Shown: positions 1 through 9,060 of the stretch, piece by piece | Layout of the letters: each line of letters begins with the position of its first letter | How positions within the stretch are numbered: the stretch's first letter is position 1 | Assembly: GCA_965223345.1 (NCBI GenBank) | Contig: CBDCWG010000007.1 | Location: 32,001 to 96,000 of the forward strand | Length of the DNA stretch: 64,000 bases | Direction: 5' to 3' | From: Nitrospinales bacterium | GTDB lineage: Bacteria > Nitrospinota > Nitrospinia > Nitrospinales > VA-1 | The notes under the pieces: generated by a model | What the model saw: only the letters and a program-made list of their open reading frames with translations | Database searches by the model: none | Told to the model about the DNA's origin: nothing | Position numbers and translations under genes: made by a program

Positions 1-1180
1 CGCGCAGACCGAGCTTGCCGAACAGTTGCTTGCCCTCGCTGGGCACCGGCAGCGACACCAGCGAGGCCGCCAGCGTCAGCTTGGAGGTCAGCCCCGCGTA
101 CACATCGCCGGTCACGCGCAGGTCGCGGATGTCGTCGCGGGTCAGGCTGTCGCGGCCGGTGAACAGGGTCTCGCCCTGGTCGATCATGCCGACGCTGGCC
201 CACACCCGGCCCTCGGGAACCATGTGGTTGCCGATGCGCACGCGGCGGCGCGTTTCCCGCACCTGCCCCTGCGGGCCGTAAAACCTGAGCGTGATGTCGT
301 TGTCGCCGATGAGCAGCGGCACGTCGTCGAACACGAAGCGGCCGGTTCCGTCGTCCTTTTTGAAATCCAGCAGCGTGTCCTTGCGGTACAGCTCCACCTC
401 CCAGCCCGGTTCCAGATCGCCTTCGATAGTCTCGGTGTCGAACTTGGAACCGCGGTCGATGGGAAACGTGGAAAACAGATAGCCGCGGCCGGCTTCGCCG
501 CGCGCGATGAGGTCCACCGGCGGCGCGAACACGTCGCCCAACCGCAACGACCAGTCCGGCTGCACGCGTTCCCAGGAAACGCGCAGCGAATCCAGCTCGT
601 CCTCCGCACCGATGGCCTGCAACCGGGTCAGGCCGTACAGCCCTTCGGAAACCCCCGCCAGCGAATAGGAAAACTGCTCGCTGCCGTTCTTTTCGTAGAC
701 GGCGGCCACATCCACGGCGGGAAGCCCGAACAGTTTGTACGACAGCGGCACTTCCGGAAGATCGTCGCCGGAACCGAGCGCCAGATACTTTTGCAGGCGC
801 TCCCGCTCCCAGCGCTGCTCGATGGGAAGCCGCCCGCGCCCCTGAATGAGCAGAGCCTGGGAACGTGGCGCGAATTCGAAACGCGCGGGAAACAGCGTGC
901 CGAGCGCGCCGACGGCGGACCACTCTTCCGCGGAGTCCGGAACCTCACTTTCCAGCAGCCTGGCGATTTCCTGCGTGCGCACGTACACGTTGCCGTCCCT
1001 TTCCTGGCCCTCGATGATTTCAGCTAAGGTCTTCTGATTCAGTTTCACCGCCAGCAGCACCGCCTCTTCGGAGAACGCCATCCCTTTCCACAGGCACAGG
1101 GCGAGCGTGACGCCGCACAAGGCGGCCCACTTGCTTCGCCGGGCAGACGTCTCCTGTTTTCGTGTGCGGAAGCGGTGCAT
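1..1180 (-). CDS. Fimbrial usher-like outer membrane protein, 5' part (runs off the window edge)
   Basis: Not in the ORF track because it is open-ended. Manual translation from ATG 1180 gives MHRFRTRKQETSARRSKWAALCGVTLALCLWKGMAFSEEAVLLAVKLNQ (signal peptide). The same frame later reads GDLEPGWEVELYRKDTLLDF..GRFVFDDVPLLIGDNDITLRFYGPQGQVRE, typical of usher-like proteins. Lies 14 nt after a pilus chaperone gene. Confidence 0.7.
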   Translation of the reverse strand, partial: MHRFRTRKQETSARRSKWAALCGVTLALCLWKGMAFSEEAVLLAVKLNQKTLAEIIEGQERDGNVYVRTQEIARLLESEVPDSAEEWSAVGALGTLFPARFEFAPRSQALLIQGRGRLPIEQRWERERLQKYLALGSGDDLPEVPLSYKLFGLPAVDVAAVYEKNGSEQFSYSLAGVSEGLYGLTRLQAIGAEDELDSLRVSWERVQPDWSLRLGDVFAPPVDLIARGEAGRGYLFSTFPIDRGSKFDTETIEGDLEPGWEVELYRKDTLLDFKKDDGTGRFVFDDVPLLIGDNDITLRFYGPQGQVRETRRRVRIGNHMVPEGRVWASVGMIDQGETLFTGRDSLTRDDIRDLRVTGDVYAGLTSKLTLAASLVSLPVPSEGKQLFGKLGLR

Positions 1181-1194
1181 GCGGATTCATTCCC

Positions 1195-1740
1195 TTACAG
1201 TTTGTGATCGATGAGTATGGGAACGGTCACGCCGTACACGATGGTCAGCTTGAGCTCCACCCCCTCCCCGGCTCCCGGCTGCGAATCCTTTGGGGTAGCG
1301 GGAGGGATAGCCTGCACCAGCAGCCGGGCGGTGTAATCCCCCGGTTTAAGGCCGGTGGGCTTGCGCACCAGGATGCGCACGATCTGCGATTCACCGGGGT
1401 CCAGCGAAATGCGGCGCGGACTGAAGCGCACCCATTCGGAGGCATCGCGACCCGGGTCCGAATCCAGCGGGGCCACCATTTTCAGACGATACGTGGTTCG
1501 CTCGGCGGCCTGGTTTTTCACGGTGATGGTTTCCGAACGCTTGCGGCCCCCCATCTCCAGTTTGCTGGGCGCGATCAAAAGCCCCTCCCCCACGACGCGG
1601 GACTGGCCGAATGCGGACGCCGCAACGATCAGGCTGAACATAAGAGCCAGGCCCCCGCACCCGGCTTTGAGGGGACTGAAAACGGGTCTGCTTGCGTGTT
1701 TGGCGGTCAAATGCACTGTAATTCCTTCCGTTAAAACCAT
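1195..1740 (-). CDS. PapD-like pilus assembly chaperone
   Basis: Signal peptide, then GLLIAPSKLEM..SETITVKN..WVRFSPRRISLDPGESQIVRILVRKP..GDY..VTVPILI (chaperone N-terminal Ig-fold pattern). Start uncertain. Confidence 0.75.
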   Translation of the reverse strand: MVLTEGITVHLTAKHASRPVFSPLKAGCGGLALMFSLIVAASAFGQSRVVGEGLLIAPSKLEMGGRKRSETITVKNQAAERTTYRLKMVAPLDSDPGRDASEWVRFSPRRISLDPGESQIVRILVRKPTGLKPGDYTARLLVQAIPPATPKDSQPGAGEGVELKLTIVYGVTVPILIDHKL

Positions 1741-1795
1741 AACGCGTTGTATTTATTGCCATAAACTTCGAAACGCGTGTCAGGGTTTGTACTAC

Positions 1796-1811
1796 AGCAG
1801 GAACCATGCCA
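1796..1811 (-). promoter_or_regulatory. sigma-54 (-24/-12) promoter for the chaperone-usher genes
   Basis: Minus strand TGGCATGGTTCCTGCT, exact GG-N10-GC, upstream of and co-oriented with the chaperone. Confidence 0.65.
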
Positions 1812-2439
1812 ATTGTAAATGTAACTCTCTGCCCCCGGGAAACGGGTTGATTTTCCGGGCTTTGGGATCCGTCCGGTGAACTTGCGGCAGCCAAATGCGG
1901 TTTTTCCACCTTTTTGGGCAAATTTATAAAAATTTACACAGAATTCAGCGGAGCCTGAGGGGAGCTGTCATAGAGTTTTGACCCAATAAAAACAGTTCTT
2001 AAACCAGCATTTAGGAAAAAACGAATGGCACCAAGATTTACATGCACACTTTTATCGCTTTTTTGTGAACCGCCCGGTTCACCTTTTTTGACCAGAAACA
2101 CCCCGAAAACCGGGGCCGCCGGGTGGCTGGGATGGGAAAATTGGTCCCGGCAAATTTTTCCCGTTTTGCGGGCTGCAGCCGGTGAGCGTATTCATCTGAA
2201 ATGGGAGGGGTTGGTGCAGGTAAACGCAATCAGTTGGGGACGTTGCAAACGGGCCGGCACAACCCGACCCGGATGCGGAACACAGCGGGCAGAAAATGCT
2301 ATTTTTGTGCAGGGAAAAATCCTATATTAAACAGTGTGTCATCAAGAGCCTCCCCTCCGGTCCCCCGGCTTTCGTTGCACATCGTTCAGGGAAATGGAAT
2401 AATTTCTTTCATCTGCACATGCAACCGAGGAGCTGGCTT

Positions 2440-3660
2440 ATGAAAAAGAACACAAGCGGACTATTTTCGGACCGAATCCCCCTCCTTCGCCGGGCAACGG
2501 CGCGCAGCACTGTTTTCGGCGCAGTCACTTTCTGGATCTTTTGTGTTTTGTTCACGGGAACCGGCCTCGCCGCTTCCGCCTCGATGCAGACCGCATCCGC
2601 ATCCACGGGCGCGTTCCCCCAGTGGGATCAGGCGGTCGGGAATTTCGTGAAGCAGATCGTGAGCCAGGTTCCCAGCGGGAAAACGGCCACGGTCGGTGTC
2701 GTCGATTTCAAGGAGATGCGGCACAACCGGGTGACGGATTTCAGCGCCCGCTTCAAGGAGGATTTTCTCGCGCACCTGGCCCGGTTCGACGGCGTTCAGT
2801 ATAAGGCCGTGGATTTTTCCAAAGACGCCGCCTCCCCGTATGAAGCGGCCCGGGAAGCCAAGCTGGATTATTTCGTGCGCGGCTTTTTCCGAAACCGCAC
2901 CGGCGGCCTCGACGTCTGGTCGCAACTGGTCGATGCGGAAACCGGGCGCATCGTGTCCTCGGAATCCACCCGCATCGCGGGCAACGCCATCGCGGCCCCC
3001 TATCTCGCCATGCTGGACACCCGGCAGGACGATGAGGCCGCCTACCGCGCGTTCGGCAGCGCCGCCAATTACGAAGACGCTCTGGAAGACCTGCTGCGCA
3101 TGAAACCGATGAGCACGGACCTGCCGGTCAAGATCTGGACCGAGAAAACCGAGTATAAGATCGGCGACACCATCAAGTTTTTCGTGAAGGCCGAGAGACC
3201 CTGTTACCTGGTGCTGTTCGACGTCAGCCCCAACGGCGACACGACGGTGATCTTTCCCAACGCCGACTCGCAAAACAATTTCCTCGTGGAAAACGTGACC
3301 TACCAGATTCCACCGAAAGACTCGGGCGTCGTGTTCAAGGTGCAGGGCCCGACGGGCCTGGAACGGTTCAAGGCCATCGTGTCGCTGACGCCGGGCTTGC
3401 CGCTGGATCTGAAACGCAACCAGCGCTTTTACACGTTCGATAAAAACTCGCCCAGCGGCAGCCGCGACATTCAGTATCTGGTGAAGACGTTTTCCGATGA
3501 AAAGCGTTCGCAGTGGGGCGAGGCTTCGATGGAGATCCTGATCCAGGACAAGCCCGAGACCTTCATGCGCGGCAAGGGGATCACGCTGGTGGACAAACCC
3601 AAAAAGCCGATGGATATCATGGGAACGATGGGTAAGGAAGAAACCAGACCCGGGGAGTGA
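2440..3660 (+). CDS. Exported DUF4384-domain protein with N-terminal FlgO/CsgG-like domain
   Basis: GAGGAG RBS before ATG 2440; hydrophobic N-terminus; VKIWTEKTEYKIGDTIKFFVKAERPCYLVLFDVSPNGDTTVIFPN..YQIP..FKVQGPTGLERFKAIVS matches the DUF4384 pattern. Confidence 0.75.
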   Translation: MKKNTSGLFSDRIPLLRRATARSTVFGAVTFWIFCVLFTGTGLAASASMQTASASTGAFPQWDQAVGNFVKQIVSQVPSGKTATVGVVDFKEMRHNRVTDFSARFKEDFLAHLARFDGVQYKAVDFSKDAASPYEAAREAKLDYFVRGFFRNRTGGLDVWSQLVDAETGRIVSSESTRIAGNAIAAPYLAMLDTRQDDEAAYRAFGSAANYEDALEDLLRMKPMSTDLPVKIWTEKTEYKIGDTIKFFVKAERPCYLVLFDVSPNGDTTVIFPNADSQNNFLVENVTYQIPPKDSGVVFKVQGPTGLERFKAIVSLTPGLPLDLKRNQRFYTFDKNSPSGSRDIQYLVKTFSDEKRSQWGEASMEILIQDKPETFMRGKGITLVDKPKKPMDIMGTMGKEETRPGE

Positions 3661-3697
3661 TCGCGGGGAGGATGTTTACTGCTGAATGTGTCGCGGG

Positions 3698-6600
3698 TTA
3701 TTTGGATTTGGCGCAGCGGAAGCCGATGTCCGAGCTGCGGTTTTCCGGGGAGACGAAATAGAAGCTGCCAGATTTCATGAATCCCGCGTCGTCGAGCCAG
3801 GACCCGCCGCGCAGCACCTTGTTGTTGCTGTCATGGCTGTCCTCGACCCACTCCCAGACATTGCCCACCATGTCGTAGAGACCGAAGCGGTTGGGAGAGA
3901 AGCTGCCGACCGGCGCGGTTTTCAATCCGTCGAATTTGCTGCCGCAGCCGTCGCAGTTGGCCATGTTCTTCTTGAGGGTCTCCCCCCAATGGTATTTCGA
4001 GGAGGTTCCGCCCCGCACCGCCTTCTCCCACTCGGTGCTGGTCGGCAACCGCTTGCCGATGCGCTTGCAATACTCTTTCGCCTCGGCCCAGGTCACTTTT
4101 TCCACCGGCAGTTTGGGGCCCTTGAAATGCGAGGGGTTCTTGCCCATGACTTTTTCGTACTGCTCCTGCGTGACTTCATAAGAATCGATGTAAAACGCCT
4201 GCGCGAACGTCTCTTTCAAGGAACCGGCTTCGCCCGCCGCAAATTTGCCTGAGGGGATCAACACCATCCCGCTGGTGCCGGTGTTGCGGGCCGGGCCGGA
4301 GGGTTTGGATTTGGGATCCAGCTTGGCGGTGGTCATGCGCTTGCCGCCGGAGGAGGCCAGCATGGCTCCCTTCTGATCGCGGACACAGCGGAACCCGATG
4401 TCGCCGCTGCGGTTTTTAGGCAACACAAAATACGATCCTTCCGGCGTCACGAAACTGGAATCGTCCATCCACGACCCGCCGCGCAAAAATTTGTATTTGC
4501 GTTCGTGCGATGCATCGACCCATTCCCAGACATTGCCCACCATGTCGTAGAGACCGAATTTGTTCGCCGGGAAACTGCCGGCGGGAGCGGTCTTGCGGCC
4601 GTCGAACTTGCTGCCGCAGCCGTCGCAGTTGGCGCGGTTCTTGCCGAGGGAGTTGCCCCAATAGTATTTCGAGGCGGTGCCGCCGCGCGCCGCTTTTTCC
4701 CATTCCTCCGGGGTGGGCAGACGCTTGCCGACGCGTTTGCAGTATTCTTTCGCCTCCTCCCAGGTCACTTTTTCCACCGGCAGATCGGCGCCTTTGAAAT
4801 GGGAGGGGTTGTTGCCCATGACTTTTTCGAATTCTTCCTGCTTCACTTCGTAGGTGTCGATGTAAAACGCCCCAAGGTTCTTTTTCTCAAACGCCCCGAA
4901 CTTGCCCGCGACGTAGCTGCCGGCGGGAATCAGCACCATGTTTTCGAGACCGGTGGATTTTTTCGCGGAGCCGCCTGAACTCTTGGCATTCAGCTTGGCC
5001 ATCTGCATTTTCTTTTCCCGTTCCCGGGCCCGCAGCTCGCGCTCCTTGCGGCGGGCTTCGCGGATCTTGGCGATGCGCTGCTGTTCGGCCAGGCGCTGCT
5101 GTTCTTCCTGCTGTTTTGCGAGCGTCGCCCGCTCCTGTTCCTGGCGCTGGCTTTCAGCCTCCTGGGCTTTGCGTTTTTCTTCATCTCTTTGCGCTTTGGC
5201 CTGCTCCCGCTGCTTCTCCTCACGGATCTCTTTGATCTTGAAAACCGCGAATTCCTTTTTCGGATTGTTGTCCGGGTACTTGTTCAAAAACCCTTCCCAG
5301 GCGGCCACCCGATCTTCAACCGAAACGCTTTTCTGGTCCAAGCTCATGACCTGGGCGAACTGCGTTTCGATCTCGGCTTTGCGCTGCTGGTCTTTCAACT
5401 CCTGCAGCTTTTTCTGGGCCAGATCCATGCGCGGGTTGTTGTCGGGGTATTTGCTGATGAAGGTCTCCCAGGAGGCGATCTTCTGATCCAGCGGCCCCTT
5501 GCCCTGATCCAGTTCCATCAGGTGCGCGAACCGCGTTTCGATTTCTTTTTTGCGCGGGTCCACTTCCGGCTCTCCCTTGAGAACCCGGAGAATGCGCTTG
5601 GCTTCGTCCACGCGGGGGTTCTTGTCGGGATACAGGTTGATGAAATCCTTCCAGAGCTTGATTTTGGTTTCCTTGGTGACCGAGGACTCGTCGAACTTGT
5701 CCAGCTCCTTGAGTTTCAGGTAGTGGTTCTCGATCCGGCGGTTGCGGTCCCCGCGCCCGGTGGACACGTCCTGCACCATGGCGACCAGTTCGCCGATGAT
5801 CGCTTTGTGATCGCCGGGCTCACGCTCTGCGACCGCATCTTCGAACACGTCGTCCTGCACCTGGATGGGAAACACGAAGTCGCCTTTGTTGAGGAAGCGG
5901 TTCTGTATTTTTCCGTAACGCGGCGTCTGGGTGCGGCGGCTGAGATTGGTGACGGTCTCCTCGATGTACAGGCCCAGCTCGGTGCCGGTCACGTAGCCGT
6001 CTGCATTGCGGTCGGCGTCCCCCTCCAGGGCGGACACGAACTGCCTGCGGAAAATGCTGATATCGGGAACCACCTGGTCGGCGGTGCCGGAGGTGAGAAA
6101 CTGGCGCACGGGTTTTCCGGTGCGCTGCTGGATGTCCTGGGGAATGGCGCGGCTGAGACCGAACAGCGTGCCGGAAAAGCAGCTGTCGAACACGAACATC
6201 GCGTGCTTGGATTCGATGGTGAGAGCGATGCCCTGGATGGACTGCATGCTCACCGAATGCTGGAAAAACCGGGTGAGGTCTTCCTTCGGGCTGGGGGCTT
6301 CCCGGGCGACGATGTAGCCCATCCACTCTTCCGGATCGTTGGTCGCGTACTTGGGTTTGTGGGTGTGTCCATGGCCGGCGAAATAGAACAGCAGCCGGTT
6401 TTCCGGGTTCAGCCCGTATTCGAGGACGAAGTCCTTGAAGGCGGCTTCCAGTTCCCGGCGGTCGGGATCCTCGATGACGTGCACCTGAAAGCCGACCCGC
6501 TCCAGAACTCTGCGCACGGCCTTGATGTCTTTTTTCACACCGGGAAGCCGGGGCCAGCCGCCGGTGTATTCGCTGACGCCGATCACCAGTGCGTGGCTCT

Positions 6601-6754
6601 CCCTGTAGAGCGTCACCGGATTGCCTTTTTTGTCGGTGACGGGCATCGACACGATGCCGCGCGTGGCGGCGAACGCTTTGGGGAGCACCCCGGAAAGCAA
6701 AACGCACCAAACCAGGAAACCGACGTAGCCGATTGAAAAATAAACTTTTCTCAT
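3698..6754 (-). CDS. Caspase-like (peptidase C14) protein with helical repeats and two FGE-sulfatase (SUMF1-like, C-type lectin fold) domains
   Basis: Signal peptide from MRKVYFS (ATG 6754); ALVIGVSEY, FYFAGHG (catalytic His) and VFDSCFSG (catalytic Cys); two domains with RLPT..EWEKA.RGG, N.FGLYDMVGNVWEW, RGGSW and IGFRC. Confidence 0.88.
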   Translation of the reverse strand: MRKVYFSIGYVGFLVWCVLLSGVLPKAFAATRGIVSMPVTDKKGNPVTLYRESHALVIGVSEYTGGWPRLPGVKKDIKAVRRVLERVGFQVHVIEDPDRRELEAAFKDFVLEYGLNPENRLLFYFAGHGHTHKPKYATNDPEEWMGYIVAREAPSPKEDLTRFFQHSVSMQSIQGIALTIESKHAMFVFDSCFSGTLFGLSRAIPQDIQQRTGKPVRQFLTSGTADQVVPDISIFRRQFVSALEGDADRNADGYVTGTELGLYIEETVTNLSRRTQTPRYGKIQNRFLNKGDFVFPIQVQDDVFEDAVAEREPGDHKAIIGELVAMVQDVSTGRGDRNRRIENHYLKLKELDKFDESSVTKETKIKLWKDFINLYPDKNPRVDEAKRILRVLKGEPEVDPRKKEIETRFAHLMELDQGKGPLDQKIASWETFISKYPDNNPRMDLAQKKLQELKDQQRKAEIETQFAQVMSLDQKSVSVEDRVAAWEGFLNKYPDNNPKKEFAVFKIKEIREEKQREQAKAQRDEEKRKAQEAESQRQEQERATLAKQQEEQQRLAEQQRIAKIREARRKERELRAREREKKMQMAKLNAKSSGGSAKKSTGLENMVLIPAGSYVAGKFGAFEKKNLGAFYIDTYEVKQEEFEKVMGNNPSHFKGADLPVEKVTWEEAKEYCKRVGKRLPTPEEWEKAARGGTASKYYWGNSLGKNRANCDGCGSKFDGRKTAPAGSFPANKFGLYDMVGNVWEWVDASHERKYKFLRGGSWMDDSSFVTPEGSYFVLPKNRSGDIGFRCVRDQKGAMLASSGGKRMTTAKLDPKSKPSGPARNTGTSGMVLIPSGKFAAGEAGSLKETFAQAFYIDSYEVTQEQYEKVMGKNPSHFKGPKLPVEKVTWAEAKEYCKRIGKRLPTSTEWEKAVRGGTSSKYHWGETLKKNMANCDGCGSKFDGLKTAPVGSFSPNRFGLYDMVGNVWEWVEDSHDSNNKVLRGGSWLDDAGFMKSGSFYFVSPENRSSDIGFRCAKSK

Positions 6755-7184
6755 TACTTTTCCCGACACTCCCGAGTCGAACCGCAGCGAAGAAATGAAC
6801 CGCGAAAAAATTTTCCTGTGCCCACAAAAAAACGGTACCGCCCCTCTAAACGACACGACTTTCCGCCACCCCGGCGGTCAAACACACATTTTCCATTTGG
6901 GACATCTTATTTATAATCCCTGCCAGAGTGCGGTTCAACCCAAAGTTAACACATTCTTTCAATTATCTTTCTGTCTTTTTCCCGAACGGGCGCCGGGATG
7001 CGATTTCCTCTGAAAAGTCATGGATTTCGCTACACGTTCAATTTACTGTAAATTTCCCTTTTCCGGGTCGATGACAGGCCGGCCGGCATGCCGAAAAGCC
7101 ATGCCTCGGTCTGGCGGAATGAGGCTAGGATGCATCGGCAAAATGTGGTACAGAGGTGAGGCGCGTTTTGCGGCGAGGAGGCCC

Positions 7185-7382
7185 ATGCAAAGAAACCCCG
7201 GTTTACGCACCATATTCATCATCTTCTGGGTGATCGGCTCGATCTTCTGGGTGCTGATCGGCGCCCTGGACGGCAATTTTGTCCGCAGCCTGATCTACAT
7301 CGGCATCGGCTGGGTGATCATCCTGACCTACCTTTCGGTGAAGGATTCCGTCACCAAGGAAGACGACTATACGGAAGAGTGA
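7185..7382 (+). CDS. Small two-TM membrane protein (65 aa)
   Basis: GAGGAG RBS before ATG 7185; two hydrophobic helices and an acidic tail. Confidence 0.65.
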   Translation: MQRNPGLRTIFIIFWVIGSIFWVLIGALDGNFVRSLIYIGIGWVIILTYLSVKDSVTKEDDYTEE

Positions 7383-7435
7383 GTGTGAATCGCTTTATGG
7401 CGTGATTGCAAACGGGGTGCTTGCGGGAAGACGGT

Positions 7436-8140
7436 CTAAAACCGGAAGCTCAGGCCGAAGCCGAGGTTGTGGCTTTTGTAGCCGGTCTGGAATTTGGTGA
7501 GGGTCACGGAGTTGGTGAATTCCGGATCGGTGGTGGCGAAGTAATTGTAGTTGGCGTACAGGTCCAGGTTGTCGTCCAGCTCCAGGGCAAACCCGGCTTC
7601 GAACTTGTAGGCCAGAACCAGATCGTCATCGTCCACCCTGAGCGCTGTGGATGCCAGCACATCGCTGAAGGAAATCTGCGCCGCGCCGATGCCGCCTCCC
7701 ACGTAGGGGGTCCAGGCGCTCTTGTTCTCAAAATCGTGATACACGTTGCCCATGAAGCTCAGGGCGGACACGTCGCCGCTGGCGCCGAAGGTGGTTCCAT
7801 TCACGGTCGCCTGGCTGATGTTGCTCTCGCGGTAAGCCACCTCCCCTTCCACACGCAGCGTCCCCAGCTTGACTCCCAGGGAACCGCTGGCATTGTAGCC
7901 CTCGTTGAAGTCGAAGCTCGAACCGTCCTGGGCGTCTTCCAGAAGCGTCAGCCCCGACTCGACGGAAACGTACATCTGCTGCTCGGCATTCGCCGTCCCG
8001 AACAGCAGGACGACGCACACCAGGACCCAGGCCGCCAACGTTGCGCGCAAACGCAGCGGGCCGGCGCAATGACCTTTGCGGACAGGCCGATCTGGATGAT
8101 CGTAATCTGGCATCGCAGCTTTCCGGTTCCCGTCCTCCAT
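7436..8140 (-). CDS. Outer membrane beta-barrel protein (OmpA/OmpW-like 8-stranded)
   Basis: Signal peptide; LRVEGEVAYR, MGNVYHDF..WTPYVGGGIG; C-terminal GLSFRF with terminal Phe. Start uncertain. Confidence 0.85.
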   Translation of the reverse strand: MEDGNRKAAMPDYDHPDRPVRKGHCAGPLRLRATLAAWVLVCVVLLFGTANAEQQMYVSVESGLTLLEDAQDGSSFDFNEGYNASGSLGVKLGTLRVEGEVAYRESNISQATVNGTTFGASGDVSALSFMGNVYHDFENKSAWTPYVGGGIGAAQISFSDVLASTALRVDDDDLVLAYKFEAGFALELDDNLDLYANYNYFATTDPEFTNSVTLTKFQTGYKSHNLGFGLSFRF

Positions 8141-8438
8141 TAAAAAGCCAACGAAACGGAAACCTTGAGTTTTGGAACCTCGGGGAAGGTCTAATTTATA
8201 ATCGAATGCTCACGTTTGTCCAATCAATTCTTGCGTTTTTTTCACATCCGCTGAAAAAACCCGAATGACCCGCCAGGGTTTTGCCCGCTGAAACACGGCC
8301 GCCCTGCCCTGTTTGTCAGCCCGTTCCCTGCATTGGCGGGCGCGTTTCCATGCATGGTCCGTGCGCCGCCCCCGCATCGGCCCGGCCCGCCACTCCGGCA
8401 ACCCATTAATACTCAATCTCTTACAAGCCCAACATTTT

Positions 8439-8454
8439 TGGCACACCCTCTGCA
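8439..8454 (+). promoter_or_regulatory. sigma-54 promoter upstream of the Cys-rich peptide gene
   Basis: TGGCACACCCTCTGCA (GG-N10-GC); IHF-like ACTCAATCTCTTA at 8411-8423. Confidence 0.7.
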
Positions 8455-8520
8455 ATACAGGGATTCATGAGGCGAGGCAGTCAGCCTCCTTGCAAACCCC
8501 TTCAAAACGGAGGAAGTGAC

Positions 8521-8721
8521 ATGAAACTGACAAGTTCTTTTTACGAATCTCTGGATCAATACCTGGATCTATCGGGCAACGAATTTTACGGCTGTGCGGA
8601 ACAGGATGAAAACTACTGCGGCGAGATCTGCCCCTCCCCCTGCTACCTGGGAGCCGAGGATTGCGAGTCGGATCTGTTCGCAGGCGAGGATTTTTCTCAA
8701 CTTCTGTCCGGGGAGCTGTGA
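8521..8721 (+). CDS. 66-aa acidic, five-cysteine peptide of unknown function
   Basis: GGAGGAAG RBS; MKLTSSFYESLDQYLDLSGNEFYGCAEQDENYCGEICPSPCYLGAEDCESDLFAGEDFSQLLSGEL; sigma-54 promoter upstream. Confidence 0.7.
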   Translation: MKLTSSFYESLDQYLDLSGNEFYGCAEQDENYCGEICPSPCYLGAEDCESDLFAGEDFSQLLSGEL

Positions 8722-8732
8722 GGGATACGATC

Positions 8733-8948
8733 ATGGCCACCTTAATCACGCATTCCAAAAGCATGAGCCTGGATCTGACGGTTCCAGCGATTCAAATGTA
8801 CGACGGTAAAATGAAAATTGAAAGCGCCGCGCCTCGAGGCAGCGAACCGGTGATTCGAGAGGCGCGGACTTCCCGGAAACGCTCAGGACTCAGGTTGTCC
8901 TTCCGGGTGATGAGAATTGCGGTGTTCTTTTTCTTTCACTCACTTTGA
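8733..8948 (+). CDS. Small basic hypothetical protein (71 aa) with hydrophobic C-terminus
   Basis: GAGGGA RBS overlapping the previous stop; ATG 8733; likely co-transcribed. Confidence 0.45.
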   Translation: MATLITHSKSMSLDLTVPAIQMYDGKMKIESAAPRGSEPVIREARTSRKRSGLRLSFRVMRIAVFFFFHSL

Positions 8949-9060
8949 GCGAACGCCGAAGCAACCGGCGCGAAAACAACTTTAACAGATTGCCTTGAAA
9001 AAAACATCACTTTTTTCAACACTTACGCATTTTACCCAAGTAATAGGATGAAGTCGGGAC

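Noticed and set aside
26..1027. 333-aa plus-strand ORF
   Set aside because: Antisense to the usher-like gene that reads on the minus strand from 1180
2026..2042. sigma-54 promoter TGGCACCAAGATTTACA upstream of the DUF4384 gene
   Set aside because: Good -24 element but no GC at -12
3698..4945. Diversity-generating retroelement (TR/VR pair in C-lectin FGE domains)
   Set aside because: Both copies are in-frame coding domains, their differences are largely synonymous and not adenine-specific, and there is no reverse transcriptase in the window
8521..8721. Direct pairing of the Cys-rich peptide with the radical SAM at 60698-61903 as a RiPP cluster
   Set aside because: They are 52 kb apart, and the enzyme shows no SPASM Cys motif or RRE domain
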